Origin: Escherichia coli
GTDB lineage: Bacteria > Pseudomonadota > Gammaproteobacteria > Enterobacterales > Enterobacteriaceae
Assembly (NCBI RefSeq): GCF_003334815.1
Contig: NZ_QOWO01000026.1
Direction: 5' to 3' (one strand)
DNA length: 62,123 nt
In this document: positions 44,495-54,765 of the stretch, one piece after another
How positions within the stretch are numbered: position 1 is the first letter of the stretch
Layout: each line of letters starts with the position of its first letter
Translations under genes and position numbers: made by a program
The notes under the pieces: model-generated
Database searches by the model: none
What the model saw: only the letters and a program-made list of their open reading frames with translations
What the model was told of the DNA's origin: nothing

Positions 44495-46120
44495 ATGAAT
44501 ATTTTCACAGAGGCTGCAAAACTCGAAGAGCAAAATTGTCCGTTTGCTATGGCGCAAATTGTTGATAGCCGAGGCTCGACTCCCCGCCATTCTGCACAAA
44601 TGTTAGTGCGCGCCGATGGTTCTATCGTCGGTACAATTGGTGGCGGAATGGTTGAGCGGAAGGTGATTGAAGAGTCGCTTCAGGCATTGCAGGAACGTAA
44701 GCCGCGATTATTCCATGGACGTATGGCTCGTAACGGTGCGGATGCTGTCGGGTCAGATTGTGGAGGTGCAATGTCAGTATTTATCAGCGCCCATGGTATG
44801 CGTCCACGTCTGGTGTTGATTGGCGCGGGGCATGTCAACCGGGCGATAGCCCAGAGTGCGGCGCTATTAGGATTTGATATTGCCGTTGCTGATATTTATC
44901 GCGAAAGCCTCAATCCTGAACTATTCCCACCATCAACCACGCTTCTCCATGCTGAGTCGTTTGGTGCGGCAGTGGAAGCACTGGATATTCGCCCTGATAA
45001 TTTTGTCCTGATTGCCACGAATAATCAGGATCGTGAAGCCCTCGACAAACTCATTGAACAGCCCATTGCATGGTTGGGGTTGCTGGCAAGTCGTCGCAAG
45101 GTTCAGCTTTTCCTGCGTCAATTGCGTGAGAAAGGCGTGGCTGAAGAACATATTGCCCGTTTACATGCGCCCGTTGGTTACAACATAGGTGCGGAAACGC
45201 CGCAGGAGATCGCCATCAGCGTGCTGGCAGAAATATTACAGGTGAAAAATAACGCGCCGGGTGGGCTGATGATGAAACCTTCTCATCCTTCCGGACACCA
45301 GCTGGTGGTGATTCGCGGTGCGGGAGATATCGCCAGTGGTGTGGCGCTACGTCTGTATCATGCGGGTTTTAAAGTGATCATGCTGGAAGTGGAAAAACCG
45401 ACAGTGATTCGTTGTACCGTGGCGTTTGCCCAGGCCGTGTTCGATGGCGAAATGACGGTCGAAGGCGTCACTGCTCGCCTGGCAACCAGCTCTGCGGAAG
45501 CGATGAAACTTACCGAACGCGGATTCATTCCTGTGATGGTAGATCCCGCCTGTTCATTGCTTGATGAACTGAAACCGCTTTGCGTGGTGGACGCTATTCT
45601 GGCGAAACAGAATTTGGGAACGCGGGCAGATATGGCACCAGTAACAATCGCGCTTGGGCCGGGCTTTACTGCTGGGAAGGATTGTCATGCGGTAATTGAA
45701 ACAAATCGCGGGCACTGGCTCGGTCAGGTGATTTACTCTGGTTGTGCGCAGGAGAATACCGGTGTTCCTGGCAATATTATGGGGCATACCACCCGACGGG
45801 TGATCCGTGCTCCTGCTGCAGGCATTATGCGATCCAACGTGAAATTAGGCGATCTGGTGAAAGAGGGCGATGTGATTGCCTGGATTGGTGAGCATGAAAT
45901 TAAAGCACCGTTGACGGGGATGGTGCGTGGCTTGTTGAACGACGGCCTGGCAGTGGTTGGTGGTTTTAAAATTGGTGATATCGATCCTCGTGGTGAAACC
46001 GCTGATTTCACCAGCGTTTCTGATAAAGCCCGGGCGATTGGCGGCGGCGTACTTGAGGCGTTAATGATGTTGATGCATCAGGGCGTGAAAGCGACAAAAG
46101 AAGTGCTGGAAGTGGCTTAA
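44495..46120 (+). CDS. yqeB: XdhC/CoxI-family molybdenum-hydroxylase maturation protein YqeB
   Basis: 541 aa; XdhC N-terminal and Rossmann-like domains. Confidence 0.9.
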   Translation: MNIFTEAAKLEEQNCPFAMAQIVDSRGSTPRHSAQMLVRADGSIVGTIGGGMVERKVIEESLQALQERKPRLFHGRMARNGADAVGSDCGGAMSVFISAHGMRPRLVLIGAGHVNRAIAQSAALLGFDIAVADIYRESLNPELFPPSTTLLHAESFGAAVEALDIRPDNFVLIATNNQDREALDKLIEQPIAWLGLLASRRKVQLFLRQLREKGVAEEHIARLHAPVGYNIGAETPQEIAISVLAEILQVKNNAPGGLMMKPSHPSGHQLVVIRGAGDIASGVALRLYHAGFKVIMLEVEKPTVIRCTVAFAQAVFDGEMTVEGVTARLATSSAEAMKLTERGFIPVMVDPACSLLDELKPLCVVDAILAKQNLGTRADMAPVTIALGPGFTAGKDCHAVIETNRGHWLGQVIYSGCAQENTGVPGNIMGHTTRRVIRAPAAGIMRSNVKLGDLVKEGDVIAWIGEHEIKAPLTGMVRGLLNDGLAVVGGFKIGDIDPRGETADFTSVSDKARAIGGGVLEALMMLMHQGVKATKEVLEVA

Positions 46121-46127
46121 ATGAAAA

Positions 46128-46335
46128 TGGCCGGATGGTATTACCCACCCGGCCTGAGACTGATGACAAACGCCAAATTGCCTGATGCGCTACGCTTATC
46201 AGGCCTACAAGTGCATTGCAATCTATTGAATTTGCGATGTTTTGTAGGACGGATAAGGCGCTCGCGCCGCATCCGGCATCAACAAAGCGCACTTACTTGA
46301 CAATCTTTGGCCGGATGGTATTACCCACCCGGCCT
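46128..46335. repeat. 28-bp perfect direct repeat (a hairpin-forming, terminator-like unit) flanking a two-REP BIME
   Basis: tggccggatggtattacccacccggcct occurs at 46128-46155 and again at 46308-46335. REP units gcctgatgcgctacgcttatcaggcctac and taggacggataaggcgctcgcgccgcatccggca lie at about 46179-46280. Confidence 0.85.
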
Positions 46336-46340
46336 TTAAA

Positions 46341-47273
46341 TTACTGACAAATCACCGTTCCTGTTTTGCCTTCAATCCCTTCTTTCGCTTTGCTCAATAC
46401 GGTAATCAGTGCTTCACGACCTGCGCGAGAGCGAGCAAACGAGGCGGCAGCTTCCACTTTAGGCAGCATAGAACCTTTCGCAAAATGACCTTCTTCGATA
46501 AAGCGTTCAGCATCACTTAATGACAGGCGATCGAGCCACTGTTCATTCTCTTTACCGAAGTTAATGGCCACTTTTTCTACCGCAGTCAGAATGATCAGCA
46601 TATCGGCATCAATCATTTCTGCTAAACGGGCGCTGGCCCAGTCTTTATCGATAACCGCGCTGGCACCACGCAGATGGTTACCTTCACGAATAACAGGGAT
46701 ACCACCACCGCCAACGGTGATCACCACCTGACCTGCATCTACCAGAGCTTTAACCGTTTCTTTTTCAATGATATCAACCGGTTTTGGCGAGGCAACAACA
46801 CGGCGATAGCCGCGACCAGCATCTTCTTTCAGAGTGTAACCCTGTTTTGTCAGTTGCTCTGCTTCTTGCTCGGTAAAGAACGAACCGATCGGCTTGGTCG
46901 GGTTGAGGAATGCCGGATCGTTAGCGTCGACTTCGACCTGAGTAACCAGCGTTGCTACAGGTTTATTAATGCCCCGAGAAAGCAGTTCTTCTCTTAAAGC
47001 GTTTTGTAGATCGTAACCAATATAACCCTGGCTTAATGCAACACAGACAGACATCGGCAGCATTGGCGAGTGCGCTTCAGTTTTTGCGGCAGCTTCAAAG
47101 GCCTGGTTAATCATGCCCACCTGCGGCCCGTTACCATGAGTGACGATAACTTCATGTCCCTGGGCAATTAAATCAACAATTGCCTGAGAAGTAATTTTTA
47201 CCGCTTTCATTTGCCCGGCCAGGTCATCGCCCAGCGCATTCCCGCCCAGGGCGAGAACAATTTTCTTACTCAT
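46341..47273 (-). CDS. yqeA: Carbamate kinase-like protein
   Basis: 310 aa; amino-acid kinase fold (LGGNAL, THGNGPQVG). Confidence 0.93.
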   Translation of the reverse strand: MSKKIVLALGGNALGDDLAGQMKAVKITSQAIVDLIAQGHEVIVTHGNGPQVGMINQAFEAAAKTEAHSPMLPMSVCVALSQGYIGYDLQNALREELLSRGINKPVATLVTQVEVDANDPAFLNPTKPIGSFFTEQEAEQLTKQGYTLKEDAGRGYRRVVASPKPVDIIEKETVKALVDAGQVVITVGGGGIPVIREGNHLRGASAVIDKDWASARLAEMIDADMLIILTAVEKVAINFGKENEQWLDRLSLSDAERFIEEGHFAKGSMLPKVEAAASFARSRAGREALITVLSKAKEGIEGKTGTVICQ

Positions 47274-47320
47274 TTTTCCTCACTCATCATTCTTGATTGT
47301 GTATAGATCCCTGGCAGTGG

Positions 47321-48706
47321 TTAGAGCACGGGAGGGACAAACGGTTTGCGTCGCAGGAAACGACCTCGCCCGGCTTTGCCTGTAAAGGTGCCGTCACAGA
47401 AAATCGTTTCACCACGGGATAAGGTTCTGACAATCGCGCCCTGACAGGTAAAACCCTCCCATGGCGAGTAGTCGGCGTTGTCGTGGAGATGGCGATGCTG
47501 AATTTGTTGGCTCTGACGTGGGTCGATAATCACCACGTCGCCGTCGGAACCGGGCGCTAATAATCCTTTTTGCGGCCACAGGCCAAACAACCTGGCGGGC
47601 ATTGCGCTGGTTAATTCAACAAAGCGTTCCGGTGTTATACGTCCCGTCATCACGCCACTGGAAAACAGTAACTGCATGCGGTTTTCCACACCGGGTAAGC
47701 CATTTGGGCAGCGACTGAAATCGCCTTTAGAAATTTGCAGGCGTTGAGCCATCGAGAAGGTGCAGTGATCGGTTGCCACCACGTCAATCGCACCATCGCT
47801 GATGCCACACCACAGTTTGTCCTGCTCGCGTACGTTACGCAGCGGTGGGCTAAGAATGAACTTCATGCCATCTTCTGTATCGTAACTGCGTTCGTCCAAC
47901 AGGAGATATTGTGGGCAGGTTTCAACCCAGACTGGCTGGTGATTCGCACGGGCAAGACGCAGATAATCCAGACCTAAGCCGTTAGACAGGTGCACGATAT
48001 AGAGCGGGGCGTTACCGGCAATTTGTGCCAGGTTAATCATGCGGGCGATGGCTTCCGCTTCGCATTCCAGAGGGCGACTCAAGGCATGATAGCGCGGCGC
48101 GGTTAACCCTGCGGCGATAAATTCCGCCCGCTTGCTGGCGATAGCCGCATCATTTTCCGGGTGCACGGTGGTCAGCGCGCCGGATTCATGCAAGCGGCGT
48201 AATGCCTGCAAAACCTCGTCATCGTTGAGTTTGTATTGATAGGTTAAATAGAGTTTAAAACTGCTCAGTCCTTCCTCGACCATCATCGGGATTTCGTCGA
48301 GGATTGCGTGATTAATGTGCTGGATCACACCGTGAAAGCTGTAATCGATGACCGCTTTATGGGCGGCATAACCACGATAAACCTCCAGTTGATGGCGTAA
48401 CCGACAGCCGTTTGGGCCAAATCCCATATGGTCAATAATGGTTGTTGTACCGCCACACGCAGCTGCGCGGGTACCGGTAAAAAAATCATCACAACTGCGC
48501 GCGATGCCGACATCAATATTGAAATGCGTATGGACATCCACGCCGCCAGGGAAAACGTAACAGCCAGTGGCATCAATTTCTTCATACGGGAGCTGCGGCG
48601 AAATATTGTTGCCCAACTGGCGAACAATCCCGCTTTCAATCAGCAAATCCTGTTTGGCTTGTCCATCTGCGTTAACGACAGTGCCGTTTTTGATCAATAC
48701 GCGCAT
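47321..48706 (-). CDS. hyuA: D-phenylhydantoinase / dihydropyrimidinase-family amidohydrolase
   Basis: 461 aa from MRVLIKNGTVVNADG; GGVDVHTHF metal motif. Confidence 0.94.
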   Translation of the reverse strand: MRVLIKNGTVVNADGQAKQDLLIESGIVRQLGNNISPQLPYEEIDATGCYVFPGGVDVHTHFNIDVGIARSCDDFFTGTRAAACGGTTTIIDHMGFGPNGCRLRHQLEVYRGYAAHKAVIDYSFHGVIQHINHAILDEIPMMVEEGLSSFKLYLTYQYKLNDDEVLQALRRLHESGALTTVHPENDAAIASKRAEFIAAGLTAPRYHALSRPLECEAEAIARMINLAQIAGNAPLYIVHLSNGLGLDYLRLARANHQPVWVETCPQYLLLDERSYDTEDGMKFILSPPLRNVREQDKLWCGISDGAIDVVATDHCTFSMAQRLQISKGDFSRCPNGLPGVENRMQLLFSSGVMTGRITPERFVELTSAMPARLFGLWPQKGLLAPGSDGDVVIIDPRQSQQIQHRHLHDNADYSPWEGFTCQGAIVRTLSRGETIFCDGTFTGKAGRGRFLRRKPFVPPVL

Positions 48707-48758
48707 AGCAAACTCCAAAAACCCTCCGGCGAACCGGAGGGGAATAAGTGAAGAGTAA

Positions 48759-49970
48759 TTACTCTGTTGCCAGCCAGCTTAACGGGATTGCAGCGTACAT
48801 CGCGGCACAGGTCACCAGGTGAGATTTCCAGGTTTTTTCGTTAGGTGCATGCGCTTCAGGTTCTTTACCCGGGCCAAAGCCGATCACCGGAATGCCGTGA
48901 CGGCCCATGATAGATACGCCGTTAGTTGAGAAGGTCCACTTATCAACAACCGGCGCTTTGCCAAACAGCCCTTCGTAGGCATTCACCAGTGCTTTAACGG
49001 TGAAGTGATCTTCTTCCACTTTCCAGGTCGGGAAGTAGCATTCGGTTGGGTAAACCAGGCCAGTCCAGGACGGACGGTCGTAGTTGTACATAGAAACAAC
49101 CGCGTTAGCTTTCTGTACTGCAGGCAGGGCGCGGATTTCGTCCAGCGCGCCTTCCCAGGTTTCGCCCCAGGTCAGACGACGGTCGATTGAAACTGCGCAG
49201 CTGTCTGCTACAGCGCAACGGCTTGGGGATGTGAAGAAGATTTCAGAAACGGTGAGGGTGCCTTTGCCGAGGAATTCGTCATAACCCAGACGTTGGGAGA
49301 GTTCTTGTAATTCGCCAAGAATCGGACCCATTTTGAAAATGGCGTTATCACCGCGTTCTGGTGCAGAACCGTGGCAGCTAACACCCTGAACATCAATACG
49401 AATTTCCATACGACCGCGCTGACCACGGTATACCTGGCAGTCGGTTGGTTCGGTACTGACCACAAATTCCGGGCGAATGCCGGATTGTTCAATAATGTAC
49501 TGCCAGCACAGACCGTCGCAGTCTTCTTCCTGCACCGTACCGGTAACCAGCAGGGTATATTCATCTTCCAGACCGAGGTCTTTAATGATTTTACCGGCAT
49601 AAACCATAGAGGCCATGCCACCTTCCTGGTCGGAAGTACCGCGACCACCAATCAGTTCATCAGTTTCCATGCCTTCGTACGGATCGAAGTCCCAGTTTTT
49701 GATGTTGCCAATGCCGACGGTATCGATATGAGCGTCCATTGCCACCAGACGCGGGCCGTGGCCGATATAACCGAGAACGTTGCCCATCGGGTCGATTTCA
49801 ACTTTATCGAAGCCGACTTTTTCCATCTCTTCTTTAATACGATGTACTACGCGTTTCTCGTCGCAGCTTTCACTGGGAATAGCAACCATGTCGCGCAGGA
49901 AGCGAGTCATATCCGCCTGGTAATCTTTTGCTTTTTCAAGAATCAGTTTGAATGGAATATTCTTAGCCAT
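48759..49970 (-). CDS. ygeY: M20-family peptidase/deacylase YgeY
   Basis: 403 aa; ArgE/DapE/ACY1 family motifs. Confidence 0.92.
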
Positions 49971-50027
49971 TATTTTTCTCCAGATTTTTTACTCCCCGTT
50001 TTGCAGGGAGCAGTTCCAATAGGGTGA

Positions 50028-51224
50028 TTAAGGTGCTACAGCGTGTTTGCCTTCCCAGACAACTTCGCGGTAGTGCTTCACGTCGGTGTCGCCTTCAGTG
50101 CTGATAACCAGCACCACGGCATCTTTGTTCAGCGCCAGTTTTTCCATCAGGCTTTGACGTTGCGGGTGATAATGAACCGCTGCGAGAACGCCCAAACCGA
50201 CAGCGCCGGATTCACCGGAGATGATGCGCGGGTCGTTGCCGTACGGATTACCCAGCACGCGCATACCTAATGCGGCAACGCTGTCCTGGCAGGAGATGAA
50301 TTGGGTGGCGCAGTTACGTAGGATTTCCCAGCCCAGCGGGTTAGGTTCGCCACAGGCCAGGCCTGCCATGATGGTGGCCATATCACCGCCAACGTTGACG
50401 ATGTCGCCTTTGACGCCGGAGCGATAAATACAGTCAGCTTTGTCAGGTTCAACAATAATGCTGTGCAGATTTTGCGGGCTATAGACGTCGACCAGATAAC
50501 CCAGCACACCACCGGCCATTGCTCCGACACCGGCTTGCAGCAGAACGTGCGTCGGGGTTACGCCCATTTCACGCATTTGCTCGACGGCTTCATCTGCCAG
50601 GGTTGCGTAGCCTTGCATGATCCAGGTTGGGATTTTGGTGTAACCTTCCCATGCCGTGTCCTGTACCACTTCCCAGCCGTGCTGCTGCGCGTGTTGCATG
50701 GTCAGGCGAACGGTATCGTCATAGTTCATATCCGTGACGATGCACTCGGCACCGAGGTTCAGAATGGCGTCAACGCGTTCCTGAGCAGAACCTTTCGGCA
50801 TGTAAATCACCGCATTCTGTCCGAGTTGCTGTGCTGCCCACGCCACACCGCGCCCGTGGTTGCCGTCGGTGGTGGTCGCGAAAGTCATTTTTTCGCCGAT
50901 GGCATTTTTCAGGTGCTCAAATGACAGCGTTTCGATATCAAGATGATATTTTTCACACAATAATTGAGCGATGGCGTACGCACCGCCAAGCATTTTGAAG
51001 GCGTTCAGACCGAATCGTTTTGATTCGTCTTTGACGAGAATTTTCTTCACACCAAAAAGGTTTGCGAGATCGTCCAGCGCACAAAGCGGTGTTGGGCGAT
51101 AACCAGCTATTTTCTGGTGGAACTGGCGCGCCAGTTTGGCCTGGCTTTGCGAAAAGAGCGGTGATGTTTCGCCGTTGAAAAATTTGTTATCGGCGATATC
51201 AATCTTCAATGAGAAAACGGACAT
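50028..51224 (-). CDS. dpaL: Diaminopropionate ammonia-lyase (PLP-dependent)
   Basis: 398 aa; PLP-lysine region DESKRFGLNAFK. Confidence 0.93.
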   Translation of the reverse strand: MSVFSLKIDIADNKFFNGETSPLFSQSQAKLARQFHQKIAGYRPTPLCALDDLANLFGVKKILVKDESKRFGLNAFKMLGGAYAIAQLLCEKYHLDIETLSFEHLKNAIGEKMTFATTTDGNHGRGVAWAAQQLGQNAVIYMPKGSAQERVDAILNLGAECIVTDMNYDDTVRLTMQHAQQHGWEVVQDTAWEGYTKIPTWIMQGYATLADEAVEQMREMGVTPTHVLLQAGVGAMAGGVLGYLVDVYSPQNLHSIIVEPDKADCIYRSGVKGDIVNVGGDMATIMAGLACGEPNPLGWEILRNCATQFISCQDSVAALGMRVLGNPYGNDPRIISGESGAVGLGVLAAVHYHPQRQSLMEKLALNKDAVVLVISTEGDTDVKHYREVVWEGKHAVAP

Positions 51225-51253
51225 ATCCTATCCTTTTGGCCTCTGGAAATAGA

Positions 51254-51275
51254 GGGCCGACCAGCTGATCGGCCC
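51254..51275 (-). terminator. Hairpin between ygeW and dpaL (attenuator or partial terminator)
   Basis: Minus strand gggccga-tcagctgg-tcggccc followed by tctatttcc. Confidence 0.4.
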
Positions 51276-51281
51276 GAGGGG

Positions 51282-52472
51282 TTATTTCACGCGTTCTTGC
51301 GCTTCTTTCAGCAGTTGCTCGAGCAGTGCACCTGGTTTGGCGTATTTACGGGACAGGATCATCGCGGCGATGATATAAGGCTTCCAGCTGGCTTCTTTGT
51401 AGGTAGCGATACGGTATTTTTCGAATACGCCTTCAGTCACTTCACCTTCTTTACAGGATACGCCGCTGATATCAGCTGGCAGGCAGTGCATGTACAGGGC
51501 TTCGCCATCACGGGTCAGTTCCATCATCTCTTCAGTACAATGCCAGTCTTTGTGTTGCGCGTTCTGTGCCAGACACTGTTTTTCCAGTGCTTTTAAGCCT
51601 TCGTGATCGTTCGCACGCAGCAATTCAGTACGCTCTTCCATCACTTTGTAAGGTGCCCATGACTTCGGATAAACGATGTCTGCGTCTTTGAAGGCTTCTT
51701 CCATGCTGGTGACCTGACGGAAGCTACCACCGGAGGCTTTAGCATTGTTTTTCGCCACTTCAACCACATCCGGGATCAGGTCGTAGCCTTCCGGATGGGC
51801 CAGGGTGACATCCATACCGAAGCGAGTCATCAGACCGATGATGCCTTGTGGTACAGAGAGCGGTTTGCCATAGCTTGGAGAGTAGGCCCAGGTCATGGCG
51901 ATTTTTTTACCTTTCAGGTTTTCCAGTGAACCAAAGTGTTCACGTAACCACGCGAGGTCAGCCATTGACTGAGTCGGGTGGTCAATATCGCATTGCAGGT
52001 TCACTAAAGCCGGACGCTGTGGCAGTACACCCTGCTTGTAACCGTCATCAAGTGCAGCGCCAACTTCACGCATATAGGCGTTGCCTGCGCCCAGATACAT
52101 ATCGTCGCGAATACCAATAGCGTCGGCGCAGAAGGAGATCATATTGGCGGTTTCACGCACGGTTTCGCCGTGAGCGATTTGTGATTTGCCTTCGTCGAGA
52201 TCTTGTTGTGCAAGGCCGAGCAGGTTAAGCGCGGAAGCATAAGAGAAGCGGGTACGGGTGGAGTTGTCGCGGAATACGGAAATACCTAATCCACTATTAA
52301 AGACTTTGGTTGAGATGTTTTCAGCACGCAGTGCTTTTAATGCTGCGGCAACGTCCAGTACTTGTTTCAGTTCATCTGGCGTCTGTTCCCACGTTAACAA
52401 AAAATCTTTCTCGTGAAGGTGAGAGGTCAGCGAATTGATATCCTTAATCAGCTCATTAACAGTTTTCATCAT
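51282..52472 (-). CDS. ygeW: Carbamoyltransferase of unknown substrate (ATCase/OTCase family)
   Basis: 396 aa; STRTR carbamoyl-phosphate motif (DNSTRTRFS) and HCLP motif (MHCLPA). Confidence 0.94.
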   Translation of the reverse strand: MMKTVNELIKDINSLTSHLHEKDFLLTWEQTPDELKQVLDVAAALKALRAENISTKVFNSGLGISVFRDNSTRTRFSYASALNLLGLAQQDLDEGKSQIAHGETVRETANMISFCADAIGIRDDMYLGAGNAYMREVGAALDDGYKQGVLPQRPALVNLQCDIDHPTQSMADLAWLREHFGSLENLKGKKIAMTWAYSPSYGKPLSVPQGIIGLMTRFGMDVTLAHPEGYDLIPDVVEVAKNNAKASGGSFRQVTSMEEAFKDADIVYPKSWAPYKVMEERTELLRANDHEGLKALEKQCLAQNAQHKDWHCTEEMMELTRDGEALYMHCLPADISGVSCKEGEVTEGVFEKYRIATYKEASWKPYIIAAMILSRKYAKPGALLEQLLKEAQERVK

Positions 52473-52563
52473 AAAGTCCCGGTAGTGGAATGACAGGCAA
52501 AGTGGTTTATTTCACTGTGACTTGCCAAAGTGATTGGTGTTTTCACAGCTATACCTGGGACTA

Positions 52564-52578
52564 ACAATAAGTGTGCCA
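52564..52578 (-). promoter_or_regulatory. Candidate sigma54 promoter of the ygeW operon
   Basis: Minus strand reads TGGCACACTTATTGT: the -24 element TGGCAC is perfect, spacing is correct, and the -12 element is TTGT instead of TTGC. About 95 nt upstream of the ygeW ATG, next to the sigma54 activator gene ygeV. Confidence 0.5.
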
Positions 52579-52947
52579 GAATTATCCGCGCGGCTGCAAA
52601 AGACTAATTTGACGGATAATGTGTGGGGTTGATCACAAATTGATGCCAGCTTCTGGTTGTTTGTAAAATACGAAAACGTTTGGCTTTTTTTATCGCGTTA
52701 TTTATTTGCTGCTAAGTATCAGAAATAAGATAAAGGGGCAGGCTATCTCTCTTCAGTTTGATAAACTCACCGCCGTAATTCTCATATTGATATAGAAATG
52801 TGATATCTCTTCCATAATTTCATTAGAAAATGATAAAAATCTTATGTTTTTATCAAAGCCAATTTCGCCTGAGTTAATATCATCATGATCTGTGAACCAT
52901 CAACGTCTTCAATGATCGACTTTTAAGTAAGTCTGGAAGGTAAAGCT

Positions 52948-54726
52948 ATGGAGCTTGCTACTACGCAGTCAGTATTGATGCAAATTCAACCGACAATTCA
53001 GCGTTTTGCCAGAATGCTTGCCAGCGTTTTGCAGCTTGAGGTTGAGATCGTTGATGAAAACTTGTGTCGCGTTGCCGGAACGGGCGCGTATGGGAAGTTT
53101 CTTGGTCGCCAGTTGAGCGGCAACTCACGCCTGCTCCGCCACGTCCTGGAAACGAAAACTGAAAAAGTTGTGACACAGTCTCGCTTCGATCCCCTTTGCG
53201 AAGGTTGCGATAGTAAAGAAAATTGCCGCGAAAAAGCATTTCTGGGTACGCCTGTCATTTTACAGGATCGTTGTGTTGGGGTGATAAGTTTGATTGCCGT
53301 TACCCACGAGCAACAAGAGCATATCAGTGATAATTTACGCGAATTTTCTGATTATGTTCGCCATATATCCACCATTTTTGTTTCGAAACTTCTGGAGGAT
53401 CAGGGGCCAGGAGATAACATCAGTAAAATATTTGCGACCATGATCGATAATATGGATCAGGGCGTATTAGTTGTAGATGATGAAAATCGGGTTCAGTTTG
53501 TTAATCAGACTGCCTTAAAAACACTTGGTGTTGTGCAAAATAATATTATTGGGAAACCTATCCGTTTCAGACCATTAACATTTGAGAGTAATTTTACCCA
53601 TGGACATATGCAGCATATTGTTTCATGGGACGATAAAAGTGAATTAATCATTGGTCAATTGCATAACATTCAGGGCCGACAATTATTTTTAATGGCGTTT
53701 CACCAATCGCATACCAGTTTTTCTGTAGCAAATGCACCTGATGAACCGCATATTGAACAATTGGTTGGCGAGTGCCGTGTTATGCGGCAATTAAAACGAC
53801 TCATTAGCCGTATTGCACCCAGCCCATCCAGCGTTATGGTGGTTGGTGAAAGCGGCACGGGTAAAGAAGTCGTCGCCCGTGCAATCCATAAGTTGAGCGG
53901 AAGACGGAATAAACCCTTTATTGCTATCAACTGTGCCGCGATTCCGGAGCAGCTTCTGGAGAGCGAACTGTTCGGTTATGTTAAAGGTGCATTTACTGGC
54001 GCTTCTGCCAACGGTAAAACAGGGTTGATTCAGGCGGCGAATACGGGCACGCTGTTTCTCGATGAAATAGGTGATATGCCATTAATGTTGCAGGCTAAAT
54101 TACTGCGCGCTATTGAGGCACGTGAAATTCTGCCGATTGGTGCCAGTAGCCCAATACAAGTCGACATTCGCATCATTTCTGCAACTAATCAGAATTTGGC
54201 CCAGTTCATTGCCGAAGGTAAATTCCGCGAAGATCTCTTCTACCGACTTAATGTTATCCCGATAACTCTGCCACCGCTGCGTGAACGTCAGGAAGATATT
54301 GAACTATTGGTGCATTACTTTTTACATCTGCATACCCGTCGTCTGGGATCGGTTTATCCTGGCATTGCTCCCGATGTCGTCGAAATATTGCGTAAGCATC
54401 GTTGGCCCGGAAACCTGCGCGAGTTAAGCAATTTGATGGAATATCTGGTTAACGTGGTTCCTTCAGGTGAAGTTATCGACAGCACGCTATTGCCGCCAAA
54501 TCTGCTGAATAATGGCACAACGGAGCAAAGTGATGTAACAGAGGTCAGTGAGGCGCACCTGTCACTCGATGATGCGGGCGGCACGGCGCTGGAGGAGATG
54601 GAAAAGCAAATGATCCGCGAGGCGCTTTCACGTCATAACAGCAAGAAGCAAGTTGCTGATGAACTGGGCATCGGCATTGCTACGCTCTATCGCAAGATTA
54701 AGAAATATGAGTTGTTAAACACATAA
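52948..54726 (+). CDS. ygeV: Sigma54-dependent transcriptional activator (bacterial enhancer-binding protein)
   Basis: 592 aa; AAA+ Walker A GESGTGKE; sigma54-contact GAFTGA motif; C-terminal Fis-type HTH; N-terminal sensory domains. Confidence 0.95.
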   Translation: MELATTQSVLMQIQPTIQRFARMLASVLQLEVEIVDENLCRVAGTGAYGKFLGRQLSGNSRLLRHVLETKTEKVVTQSRFDPLCEGCDSKENCREKAFLGTPVILQDRCVGVISLIAVTHEQQEHISDNLREFSDYVRHISTIFVSKLLEDQGPGDNISKIFATMIDNMDQGVLVVDDENRVQFVNQTALKTLGVVQNNIIGKPIRFRPLTFESNFTHGHMQHIVSWDDKSELIIGQLHNIQGRQLFLMAFHQSHTSFSVANAPDEPHIEQLVGECRVMRQLKRLISRIAPSPSSVMVVGESGTGKEVVARAIHKLSGRRNKPFIAINCAAIPEQLLESELFGYVKGAFTGASANGKTGLIQAANTGTLFLDEIGDMPLMLQAKLLRAIEAREILPIGASSPIQVDIRIISATNQNLAQFIAEGKFREDLFYRLNVIPITLPPLRERQEDIELLVHYFLHLHTRRLGSVYPGIAPDVVEILRKHRWPGNLRELSNLMEYLVNVVPSGEVIDSTLLPPNLLNNGTTEQSDVTEVSEAHLSLDDAGGTALEEMEKQMIREALSRHNSKKQVADELGIGIATLYRKIKKYELLNT

Positions 54727-54735
54727 CCTCAGTGA

Positions 54736-54759
54736 ATCCGGCCTGAATTCAGGCCGGAT
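54736..54759. terminator. Perfect 24-bp palindrome between convergent ygeV and xdhC
   Basis: atccggcctgaattcaggccggat. Confidence 0.7.
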
Positions 54760-54765
54760 ATCCTT

